Positions 55,874 to 64,000 of a DNA stretch of 64,000 nucleotides are shown in pieces. Position 1 is the stretch's first letter; every line of letters starts with the position of its first letter. The DNA is taken from contig JANRKS010000034.1 in NCBI GenBank assembly GCA_033763315.1, positions 320,355-384,354 of the forward strand, written 5' to 3'. Origin of the DNA: Deltaproteobacteria bacterium (GTDB lineage Bacteria > Myxococcota_A > Polyangia > Fen-1088). The position numbers and the translations under genes are program-made. The notes under the pieces are model-generated. The model made no database searches and was not told where the DNA came from. It worked only from the letters and a program-made list of their open reading frames with translations.

Positions 55874-56164
55874 ATGGCGAAGCCCTTGTTGAACGTACCC
55901 TCTCCCAGCCGTTTCGCGCGCGCGGCCCTTGGCCTTTGCTTGGCCGTGGCTACGCAGCAGATACGTTCGGCCGCGCATGCTCAATCTTCGTTTGAGGTGG
56001 CGCCTTCGCCGGAGCCTCCCTTGCGGTTTGCCACCACCCATTGGTGGCGAATTGCGACGTTGGAGTTGGGCGTGATGGCGGCAGGCACGGTTTGGTTGCG
56101 CTTGACCCCCGGATCTCACATCCAGGTCACATTTTTTCTGAGCCCTTTTTCGACGCCGCGGTGA
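55874..56164 (+). pseudogene. Possible truncated exported protein
   Basis: Signal peptide ending AAHAQ and a HWWRIATLELGVMAAGTVW helix, then composition breaks down and the ORF stops. Confidence 0.3.
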
Positions 56165-56174
56165 CTTTACAAGG

Positions 56175-57293
56175 GTGAAGCCGTTACTGAAGTGTCTGCT
56201 CTTTGCCGCCCCGTTGCTCGCCTTAGCCTGTACTGCAGGGACCAATGACGGAGAAGATCGGGCCAGCAACGGGGGCGTCGCAGGCTCCACCGATGAGGGC
56301 GGCGCCGGTGGGCGGGGCGGACGATCGGGGTCGCTGGACGCACGAGGTGAAAGCAATGGCGGCTCAACGAACGCGGCTGGTGCCGGCGGTGTCGCGGGCA
56401 GCAACACACCAGACGCGCGATCCGCGGACGCGCCACGCGATTCGCTAACCCCTTCCGCGGACGGTTGCGGTCAGCCCCCCGCCGAGCAACTGTATGTATG
56501 GCTTGCCGCGGGCCAAGGCGTCACTGCCGACGCGCAAGGTGTGGTTAGCGCGTGGAAAAATCTGGCAGGCACACAGGTGGCGGTGCCAGCACAAGGCGGC
56601 GGACCCAAGGGCCGTCCCACGCTCGTGAAGAATGCGCTCAATGGCAATCCCATCATCCGGTTCCGCGGGGATCCGAGTCTTGGGCTTGATCCGCAATCCG
56701 ATCTGCTGCAAATGCCTGCGGTTACAGTGAAGGGCGATACCGAGTTGACTTTGGTTGTGGTGAACGCCAGCGGAAAGCGCTGGTTGCCGGCACCTGAGTG
56801 GTGCATGCGCGCAACGCCCACGGGCTGCAGTTCAACTTATCAGTGGGTATTTGGCTGGAATGGTGTCGAATCTTGGAGCGGGGTGTTCTTAAGCCCACGC
56901 GACGAAGAGGTTGGCTTTCGTTTCGGAATAGGCAAGGGGATAGACCACCACTGCTTCGTTGGCGATAAAGTCAGTGCGGCTGATCCGTGTATGAAGTACC
57001 CGCGCCCGGCTTCAATCGGAACAAAATTTTCCGTCACCGTCGCCGTTCACACGACGCAGAACAACCGAATCTACGTCGATGGGCGCCTGGTGCATGAAGC
57101 GCCAATACCACACGGCTTGCCCGCGGTCTCGAGCGATCCGCCCCTGAACATTGGCAACAATACCTTTGCACACAACGGCGGTGGCGACCTCGCCGAAGCG
57201 ATGGTCTACCGTCGCGCGTTGCCGCAAATGGAACGGGCCGCACTTGAAGACTACCTCCTGTGCAAGTACCTGCCCGAGCGGCGGATACGGTAA
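56175..57293 (+). CDS. Gly-linker lipoprotein with concanavalin A/LamG-like domain
   Basis: Lipobox ALAC; WL.A..GV......VS.W.N..G, PTL..NALNG.P.IRF.G, IYVDG, L.IG, GDLAE..VY.RAL...E...LE.YL..KY. Confidence 0.75.
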   Translation: MKPLLKCLLFAAPLLALACTAGTNDGEDRASNGGVAGSTDEGGAGGRGGRSGSLDARGESNGGSTNAAGAGGVAGSNTPDARSADAPRDSLTPSADGCGQPPAEQLYVWLAAGQGVTADAQGVVSAWKNLAGTQVAVPAQGGGPKGRPTLVKNALNGNPIIRFRGDPSLGLDPQSDLLQMPAVTVKGDTELTLVVVNASGKRWLPAPEWCMRATPTGCSSTYQWVFGWNGVESWSGVFLSPRDEEVGFRFGIGKGIDHHCFVGDKVSAADPCMKYPRPASIGTKFSVTVAVHTTQNNRIYVDGRLVHEAPIPHGLPAVSSDPPLNIGNNTFAHNGGGDLAEAMVYRRALPQMERAALEDYLLCKYLPERRIR

Positions 57294-57457
57294 CCTTGCT
57301 TTGCGAGCGTTCAAGCTCAAAGACACGCTTGAATCTGACGGCTACGGCGACCGTTAACCAGCTGGACCGATGCCGGGGCCATGCCTGGTTGGGCGCTTAC
57401 GAGTTCTTTACTCAAGATAGGTTGGTCGCTACGGCAGCTCTTATGGCTTGCCATGCC

Positions 57458-60400
57458 TTAATCCTGCTTGAACTTGAACTCAACACGTCCTTTGGTTTTC
57501 CCCACGATAGGGCTCACCGTAAACAGCCGCGCCCCGACGTCCGGCGCTTGTTTGGCGACAGCTTCTTTCACGGCGGCGGCGCGCTTCATCGCCAGTTCGT
57601 TTAGGTCGCTGTCCTTCACCACAATGTGCGAAGCAATGGCCTTCTCCATCTCGGGCGTCGGCAAGGCTTTGATGCCGCCGAACACCGTCTTGGGTTTTGC
57701 GAAGGGCTCTGCCTTGTAAACGCGCTCGATGAGTGGTGGACGTTCAGAAGCCGAAACGGTCACGTCCTCAATCGCCTTTACGCTGGCGCCGCTTTTGACG
57801 AGGTCATCCAGTTTTGCGGCCCTTAACTTGCGTTCCAAGAGTGCGCGCCTAAGTACCTCAACCTCACCGGTGGCGTCAGCGCTGCCCTGTAGCTCGAAAG
57901 AAAGTCCGGGGCGGTCTTGCAGCGCCTTTGCCAGCTTGGAAAGCTTCGCACGCGCCTTGGCGTCGGGCGTGGACGAGCCGGGCGCAAAGTCAACGAACGC
58001 CGATTCATCGTCGCCCTCGAACGCGGAGGCAATCAACGAAAACGGCGCGGTGGCCGCTTTGACCACCAGGTTTCCTAACACCTTCAACACGGCCGCAGCA
58101 ATTCTGAATTCCGGATCGTCGAGCGATCCCGCGATGGGCACGTCGAGATCGATCACGCCGTGGCGGTCTTTCAGCAGCGCCACCGCAAAGCGCACGGGGA
58201 GGTTCAACGCGTCGGGACTCGCGACTTTTTCACCGAAGGTAAATTGATCAAGAACAAGATGATTTGTGGCCTTAAGCTTGTTGTTGTCGATCTTGTAGTT
58301 AAGTGAAAGTCCGAGTTTGCCTTTGGCAATGTTGTAGCCAACAAACTTGCCCGAGAAAGGACTCGCGGGTGGCAGCTCGACTTCGTTAACGTCGACTTTG
58401 AGATCCAGGAATAAGTCTTTGGCCAGCGGGTTCGTGGCACCTGTGATCGACAAGCGCCCCGCGTGATCGATGGTGCCAGAGATCGCCACCTCGGCACGTG
58501 TATCCTGGCTTGATGACAATCCCTTGATCGTGCCGTTAAGTTGCGTGATCTCAGTGAAGTAAGCCGGCTTTACCGTTTGATCGTCGTACCGGACGTGGCC
58601 ATTCGAGATCACCACGCGCTCGATTGACACCGGCGGTGGGGGTGTGGGCTTGGCGCTTTCGGGGGTGGCCGTAGCGGCTTTTTCTGCTGGCTTCGCTTCG
58701 GGTGTTGGCTCCGACTTGGGGGATGTCGAAGCCCGCGCTACGTTTTGTAAGTTCGGCTTGCCGTCGGCAGAAACGCTGACATACGCAAAGAAGTCAGCCA
58801 AAGCGATCTCACCCACAGCCACACGCAGGGGCGCGGGCGCGCCCTCGTTTAATCCCACATTCAGTTTAGCAATCGACAGCTTTTTCCAGCCAGCCAAGGG
58901 CTTTGCGTCCGTGCCTTCGACTGTGACGAAGTCGGCCACGTCGATGCCCCCTTGAAAGCCTGCATGTGCCCCTGCCTTCGTGGCCTCGAATGTTACGTCC
59001 CCATTGATGGCCAACGTGCCGTCGGTCAGGGTCATATTCACTTGGTCGGAAAAATAGGGTTGAAAGGGCACGAGCTCTAAAGCGTTCAGGCCAAGCTTGG
59101 CGTTTAGGTTGACGGGATCGAGGCCAGCTTGGCCCGCGATCGACAACCGGGCGCGCTTGTTGATCACAAAGCGAAAATCGAAGTCGCCGCGCGTGTTCTT
59201 GCGGTTTGTCAGGTTGTTCGCTGTGGCCTTCGCAAGGTCAACGGCAAGGGTGGCTGCGGGCCTAACGGTTCGATCGTGTAGACGCACGGACCAGGCGGCA
59301 ACATCGAGCTTCTGCAGTGTGAAGGCCCAGGTGGGCGAGGCTGGCTGGGCTGGCGGCATTGGTGCAGCCGTGGGGGCCGCGGTGGCGACCAAGGCCGCCA
59401 AATCAAGCGAGCCGTCGGCAGCACGCTCTGCCTTTAGCGTCAAGCCCTGTGACGCCACGGAGCCCACGGTCACTTGTGTGGTCTGGGGATTCACGGCGAC
59501 GTCGGAGACGGACAGACTCTTGACGCTGAAGAACGCATCATTGGGTTGTGCACGACGCTTTCGCAGTGAAAGCTCGCGCACTTCGAAGAATGCTTTCGTC
59601 AACGAAATGCTGGGCGGGTCGGCCTGCGTGAAGTTGAAGTCGGTGCCGAGGCGAAGCGCACCGTTGGTAATGTCGAAGCCCACCAGTGTTTGGAAGTAGG
59701 GCGCGAACCTTGCTGGCAACAAGTTGTCGACGGCGACGCTGCCATCAACTGTGAGAGGCTCCACCGAGAATGTTGCGCTGCTGCGAAGCGAAAGCCCCAC
59801 GCTTGACGAAAGCGAAGCCTGCATGCGACCGCGTTTGCCCGGCGCGGTGCTGACATCGAACACCGAGACGTCAACCGGGCCGATGTCGGCCTCGAAAGTC
59901 GGGCTTACCGCCTGGTCCGTTAGATGAATGTGCGCCTGTTCAATCTTTAGCGCGGCCACATCGACTTTGGGAAGCGCGCGCTTGGTCTCCGGTTTGGGTG
60001 TGGACGGCGGCCCCGACGGTGGAATCAAGTCTAGGAGATTGAGGCGGCCGCTTGAATCGCGGCGAAGCCCCACGTCGAGACGTGAGAGGCGAATGGCGTC
60101 TACGGCAAAGGCCATGGCGGTCACATCAGCTTTGCCAAGCAAAATCTCGAATACATCGAAGGCGATGACAGGTGCTTTGCTCGCGTGCTCTTGGAGCGAT
60201 AAACGCTCAAGGGCCACACGACCCTTGACGAGCAACGAGGGCGTCGAGGTGCGCACAAAAGCGGCTTCCAAATCAAGATCCAAAAACGCTGACGTGACGT
60301 CGAACGCAAACTTCATCGGCACGTAGCTCACGAACTTTGTTAAGTCGAAATCGTCGACCTTAAGCCGCACAACTGTTTCAAGCGTTTCCTTAAATGGCTT

Positions 60401-61096
60401 GGCCTTACCGCGCACCGAAAAGGGAGCGCCGTCGACAATGACGTTCAAACCCGGCTCAACGAGGTTCTCGACGAAGACGGGCAGGTTCGAGACGAAGGGG
60501 ATGCCAACGTTTAAATCAGCAATGGTGTGGGTCTTGTGTTGCGGCCGATCGTCGAACGTGATCTGCGCATCTACGAGCCCGATGTTGTTCACGGAGAATT
60601 TGGGCGGGTCTGAGGATGCAGGAGCGGTAGTAGGGGAGGGGGATGGCGCCGCAGACGCGAAGCGGTCGAGAATGTCCGAAAAATTGTAGGCGTTCAGGTC
60701 GGCCAGATCATCGGGGGTGGCCTTTAGGCGCACCACATTTACGCGCAGGGATTCAAGACTCACCTGCTTTACAACTGGCGCCAGTCGAAATACCGATGAC
60801 AGTTGGGCGTTCACATAAAGGCGGCGAAAGCCCACGAAAGGCGTCGCGCCGTCGGGCTCAAAAATCGTGAAGCCCTCCACCGCCAGCGAAAGCGCGAAGG
60901 GGTTCACCTTCACCTTGTCAATCGCAACCTTGCGGCCGAGTTGCTTAGACAATTGCGATACCGCCACACGTTTGGCCACGGCCGGGATCACAAAGAATCC
61001 CAAGACAGCGATGACGACCACGGCCCCCGCCAACAGCTTGCTGGTTGTAATCAACCGCCGTTTTAGCTTAGGCGTATTTGCGAAGAAGTTGGTCAT
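57458..61096 (-). CDS. DUF748 domain (AsmA-like) protein
   Basis: N-terminal TM anchor; repeated beta-rich DUF748-like units; PF.GK.VGY.I.KGKL, LPV..AVALLKD..G.IDL.VPI.GSLDDPEF; OmpA-like C-terminus. Confidence 0.88.
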   Translation of the reverse strand: MTNFFANTPKLKRRLITTSKLLAGAVVVIAVLGFFVIPAVAKRVAVSQLSKQLGRKVAIDKVKVNPFALSLAVEGFTIFEPDGATPFVGFRRLYVNAQLSSVFRLAPVVKQVSLESLRVNVVRLKATPDDLADLNAYNFSDILDRFASAAPSPSPTTAPASSDPPKFSVNNIGLVDAQITFDDRPQHKTHTIADLNVGIPFVSNLPVFVENLVEPGLNVIVDGAPFSVRGKAKPFKETLETVVRLKVDDFDLTKFVSYVPMKFAFDVTSAFLDLDLEAAFVRTSTPSLLVKGRVALERLSLQEHASKAPVIAFDVFEILLGKADVTAMAFAVDAIRLSRLDVGLRRDSSGRLNLLDLIPPSGPPSTPKPETKRALPKVDVAALKIEQAHIHLTDQAVSPTFEADIGPVDVSVFDVSTAPGKRGRMQASLSSSVGLSLRSSATFSVEPLTVDGSVAVDNLLPARFAPYFQTLVGFDITNGALRLGTDFNFTQADPPSISLTKAFFEVRELSLRKRRAQPNDAFFSVKSLSVSDVAVNPQTTQVTVGSVASQGLTLKAERAADGSLDLAALVATAAPTAAPMPPAQPASPTWAFTLQKLDVAAWSVRLHDRTVRPAATLAVDLAKATANNLTNRKNTRGDFDFRFVINKRARLSIAGQAGLDPVNLNAKLGLNALELVPFQPYFSDQVNMTLTDGTLAINGDVTFEATKAGAHAGFQGGIDVADFVTVEGTDAKPLAGWKKLSIAKLNVGLNEGAPAPLRVAVGEIALADFFAYVSVSADGKPNLQNVARASTSPKSEPTPEAKPAEKAATATPESAKPTPPPPVSIERVVISNGHVRYDDQTVKPAYFTEITQLNGTIKGLSSSQDTRAEVAISGTIDHAGRLSITGATNPLAKDLFLDLKVDVNEVELPPASPFSGKFVGYNIAKGKLGLSLNYKIDNNKLKATNHLVLDQFTFGEKVASPDALNLPVRFAVALLKDRHGVIDLDVPIAGSLDDPEFRIAAAVLKVLGNLVVKAATAPFSLIASAFEGDDESAFVDFAPGSSTPDAKARAKLSKLAKALQDRPGLSFELQGSADATGEVEVLRRALLERKLRAAKLDDLVKSGASVKAIEDVTVSASERPPLIERVYKAEPFAKPKTVFGGIKALPTPEMEKAIASHIVVKDSDLNELAMKRAAAVKEAVAKQAPDVGARLFTVSPIVGKTKGRVEFKFKQD

Positions 61097-61292
61097 AAGG
61101 CCTCAGCTTAGGATGCGTTGAGATGCTGCAAGAGCGCATGTTGGGACGAACTTTCCCGTTTGTCATCAACTACTGAAATGCAAAAGCCGTTAACGATAGG
61201 AGCAGCACGGCGTTAACAGCGAAGTCGCAAAGAACATTCTCGTAAGCCAAATGATCTGCTGTAAGTTCAGCGCAAACTGAAGGGAGTTGCCA

Positions 61293-62117
61293 ATGGATTT
61301 CGATCTCAAGGGTTTAGCCGCTTCTGCCGTGGCGCAAACGACCGTCTTAGCTACCACGTACGTGCCGCAGGTGTTGTTGGCTCTCGTAACCCTGGTTATA
61401 GGCTTATGGGCTGTAAGGGTGGCAACCAACATGCTGGGGAAGCTGCTGGGCCGACGCGGCATTGATCCGACCGTAGGCAATTTTCTGCGCAGCCTGATGA
61501 GTTGGACCTTGAAGGTCGTTCTCTTCATCAGCGTCGCCTCAATGGTGGGGATCAAGACGACCTCGTTTGTGGCCATACTGGGGGCCGCAGGGTTGGCTGT
61601 GGGACTAGCCCTGCAGGGCAGCCTCAGCAACTTCGCTGGTGGCGTGCTTATTTTGATCTTCCGGCCTTACAAGGTGGGCGACCTCATTGAGGCCCAGGGC
61701 CACTTAGGTGTGGTGAAGGAAATTCAAATCTTCACCACCACGCTGTTGAGCCCGCAGAACCAGATGATCATTGTTCCGAACGGCCCGATGGCGAACGGCG
61801 TGATCAAGAACTACACCGGGGCCGGTATGTTGCGTGTCGATCTGAATGTGCATATCGCTGCAGGTGCCGATCTGGCCGCGGCCAAATCGCTGCTTTTGGA
61901 GACCCTGAGCAAAGACCCGCGCGTGCTCACGAACCCCGCACCTACGGTGGCTGTTGAAGCGCTTGAGCCCGGCGCCGTGAAGCTGGCCGTCCGCCCCTAC
62001 TGCACGCCCGATAACTACTGGAACGTTTATTTCGATACCCTCGAAGCGGCCAAGCAAATTCTTGAACAGAACAACATTGCGGCGCCCCGACGCGATTTGC
62101 ATTTGTTCAACCATTAA
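61293..62117 (+). CDS. mscS: Small-conductance mechanosensitive channel
   Basis: GIKTTSFVAILGAAGLAVGLALQGSLSNFAGGVLILIFRPYKVGD.IE, G.V.EI.IF.T, IIVPN. Confidence 0.95.
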   Translation: MDFDLKGLAASAVAQTTVLATTYVPQVLLALVTLVIGLWAVRVATNMLGKLLGRRGIDPTVGNFLRSLMSWTLKVVLFISVASMVGIKTTSFVAILGAAGLAVGLALQGSLSNFAGGVLILIFRPYKVGDLIEAQGHLGVVKEIQIFTTTLLSPQNQMIIVPNGPMANGVIKNYTGAGMLRVDLNVHIAAGADLAAAKSLLLETLSKDPRVLTNPAPTVAVEALEPGAVKLAVRPYCTPDNYWNVYFDTLEAAKQILEQNNIAAPRRDLHLFNH

Positions 62118-62791
62118 GCCGTTCCGCCAACGTCTTCGCCTCCTGCAGCGCGTGTCGGGGGCCTCGTTCGGGCTGCCGGGTTCTGGGGGAATGCGACCGA
62201 GCGCGGCAGTCGTCGCGAGTCGCGGAGGTTCTATCTGAAGAAGTCGGCACCCTTCACGGGCGTCGATTTCCCACTTCCTTCCTAGTTCGGAAGGCGCCGT
62301 CGAGCTCGGTGCCAACGCGGAGCCGATTGAGGTCGCCCCGGTATACGAAGGAGCGATAGTGCGGAGGCCGAGCGCTGTTCGTGTTTGCTGGCAAGCGTGG
62401 TCACTCGATGAAGATTCTCACTTGGGCAAGGCCACCCTCGGGTGATGTCAGATCCACAACCCGTCACATTGGGCAAACCTTTGACCATCATGATTCGAAA
62501 ACCGGCCGACCTTGAGTGGGCCAACACCGAAATCGTCGTGGCGTTGCAATCGCAGTCAACGGGGTACATTGCCTCAACGATCGATTTACGCTTATCGCCC
62601 AACAATCACTGACTTCATTGTTGTCGGTAAGCCCCGAGCGAGCCGCACGGTTTGCCGCAGCGCTGGGATACTCAGAAGTGCGTCTCGTGAAGCTGGCCCT
62701 GCAAAACCTGGTAACCCGCGGCGGTTTGCGCTTTCAAGTCGACGTCAAACCGGTTTAACGTCGTCAATGAATTTCCTCAGGTGATCGTCGC

Positions 62792-63406
62792 ATGCTTTGC
62801 ACAAAACTTTCCGCCATCCCCTTGGTCGCTTTCGCTGCTGCTTCGTTGGCGCTCTCGCCGGCGGAGGCATGGGCGCTTTCGTGCATGGAGGCCGATTTCG
62901 AGCAACACTTCAACACGTCGGCGTTGGTGTTTGAAGGTATCGCGGTGAATACCACGGCTTCAGCCTCTGCCAACGTTTCGCAGACTGCCGAATTCCGAGT
63001 GACCCGCGTTTGGAAGGGAGGCGTCCAGCCCACGCGCCGGTTGAGGATTGATTCGAATTGGGGCCCGTTCTTCACGGCGGGCACTCAATACATTGTTTTC
63101 GCGGCAGAGGACAACATCGGCCCTTGCTCTCTGTTGACCAAGCCCGTGGCAGATTCCGGTGCCACTTTGCAACGACTTGGTGCCGGGCAAGTGGTTGTGC
63201 AATCCGTGGGTTTGGATGCGGCTGCCGACGCCTTAAGCCCGACGGACGCGCTTCGACTTGACGGCGAAGCTGGTGCTGGCGACACCCCACGTGGCAAAGA
63301 TGGCTCTGGCTGCCAGATCGGGCTTGCCACAACGCCAGCTTCAGGTTTGCCTTGGCTGGTGCTGGCGTGGGTACCATTTGTTTTGAAACGCCGACCACGT
63401 CGTTGA
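62792..63406 (+). CDS. Exported TIMP/NTR-like domain protein with MYXO-CTERM-like anchor
   Basis: Signal peptide AWA-LSC; VFEG.A, F.V.RVWKG, F..G..YIVFA, CS; tail GSGCQIG...[17 protein letters not shown]. Confidence 0.65.
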   Translation: MLCTKLSAIPLVAFAAASLALSPAEAWALSCMEADFEQHFNTSALVFEGIAVNTTASASANVSQTAEFRVTRVWKGGVQPTRRLRIDSNWGPFFTAGTQYIVFAAEDNIGPCSLLTKPVADSGATLQRLGAGQVVVQSVGLDAAADALSPTDALRLDGEAGAGDTPRGKDGSGCQIGLATTPASGLPWLVLAWVPFVLKRRPRR

Positions 63407-63655
63407 GGGGGCTGTCAGACGTGGTCCACCGCTAAGGTGTGAGCACTCTTTTGCAACCATTTCCGGGCGGATGGCCCGTGTAGACAAAAGAGAGCACACT
63501 GCGCAATGGTTGCGCGATTCGCGATTCGCGAATGCAGTAAAGGATGATGAAGCCTCGGGATTTTGTCGTGGCGATCCGCCTCGCCACACCCGGGACCCGC
63601 ATTTGGACCTATCCCGACCCGTGCGGATTCTGTTTGCGATGGGGGCGGACTTCCG

Positions 63656-63844
63656 GGTTGGATGTTTGTGGACGCCATCGACGGCGTTGATGATCGCGGC
63701 CTTTGTGTGCTTGGCCAAGAGCGCCGCCGAGCCCGCCTGGACGTGCCGAATCACGATCACATCGGGCGCCATGGCGTCGATGTTTTTGGCGGTATCAATC
63801 AGCGTTTCGCCCTTGCTGGGGGACGATGACGATCCTGAAATGTT
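63656..63844 (-). pseudogene. pyrB: Internal fragment of aspartate carbamoyltransferase (pyrB), degenerate
   Basis: [28 protein letters not shown]...G.A..LA......[13 protein letters not shown] versus canonical INAGDG.HEHPTQ; both ends missing. Confidence 0.8.
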
Positions 63845-63932
63845 CTCGCACAAATCCACCAAGCCGATCGTAACCCATGCGCATGTCCACCGGTTCAAGC
63901 GCGATGTAGATCGGTAAACCCATAAAGTTCAC
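63795..63932 (-). pseudogene. tnpB: IS66 accessory protein TnpB (Orf2), truncated
   Basis: Manual translation from GTG 63932: [32 protein letters not shown], matching the IS66 TnpB PVDMRKGFDGL motif; homology breaks at about 63840. Not the IS200/IS605 nuclease TnpB. Confidence 0.75.
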
Positions 63933-64000
63933 TGCGCACCTCGCGCGACGCGAATCAAGCGTGCAAGTGCATGGTCATCGAAGTTTGCGTCCAGCTTGAT
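63929..64000 (-). mobile_element. 3' end of IS66 TnpA (Orf1); element continues beyond the window
   Basis: IKLDANFDDHALARLIRVARGAQ* resembles the IS66 TnpA C-terminus; GTGA overlap with tnpB. Confidence 0.6.

Noticed and set aside
62445-62612. 56-codon ORF ending EIVVALQSQSTGYIASTIDLRLSPNNH, possibly a gene remnant
   Set aside because: Protein-like but short, with an in-frame stop just upstream; no family can be supported without a search.
62755-62767. TTAAC-GTC-GTCAA upstream of 62792 and isolated GTTAAC half-sites near 61190-61217
   Set aside because: Spacer is 3 rather than 4, or only half-sites are present; not counted as operator copies.
63341-63898. 185-aa ORF as a functional PyrB
   Set aside because: Only about 63 residues match PyrB, conserved motifs are mutated and the flanks are unrelated sequence.

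Overview
GC-rich bacterial DNA, most likely from a Myxococcota (Polyangia-like) genome. This is inferred from many Cys-lipoproteins with Gly/Ser/Asp-rich linkers, a MYXO-CTERM-like tail and Planctomycete/Myxococcota-type DUF1592/DUF1552 genes. All family assignments come from motif recognition, not database searches. Left part (1-17.4 kb): two broken back-to-back histidine kinase genes, a cytochrome c/copper-monooxygenase lipoprotein, a sigma54 activator, a PhyH/AraC/TIM-barrel cassette, a DabAB inorganic-carbon pump and a PAS/GAF kinase. It ends with an NGL-repeat lipoprotein preceded by a sigma54 promoter, a tandem-palindrome enhancer and a c-di-GMP-I riboswitch whose predicted P1 stem covers the RBS. 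Central ~37 kb (17.4-54.4 kb), the main candidate system: five divergent copies of a two-gene module (CxxCH heme-c lipoprotein of DUF1592/1588 type plus Tat-exported His-rich DUF1552 protein). They are interleaved with glycan-active enzymes (GH30-, CE6-, GH2- and GH63-like), Gly-tethered lectin/lyase-like lipoproteins, a beta-propeller sensor kinase and a PVC-type heme dehydrogenase. An AT-rich palindrome, TTAAC-N4-GTTAA, recurs in nine intergenic positions of this block, suggesting a regulon. Right end: DUF748, MscS, a TIMP-like MYXO-CTERM protein and an IS66 remnant joined to a decayed pyrB fragment. No rRNA, tRNA or CRISPR array was seen.
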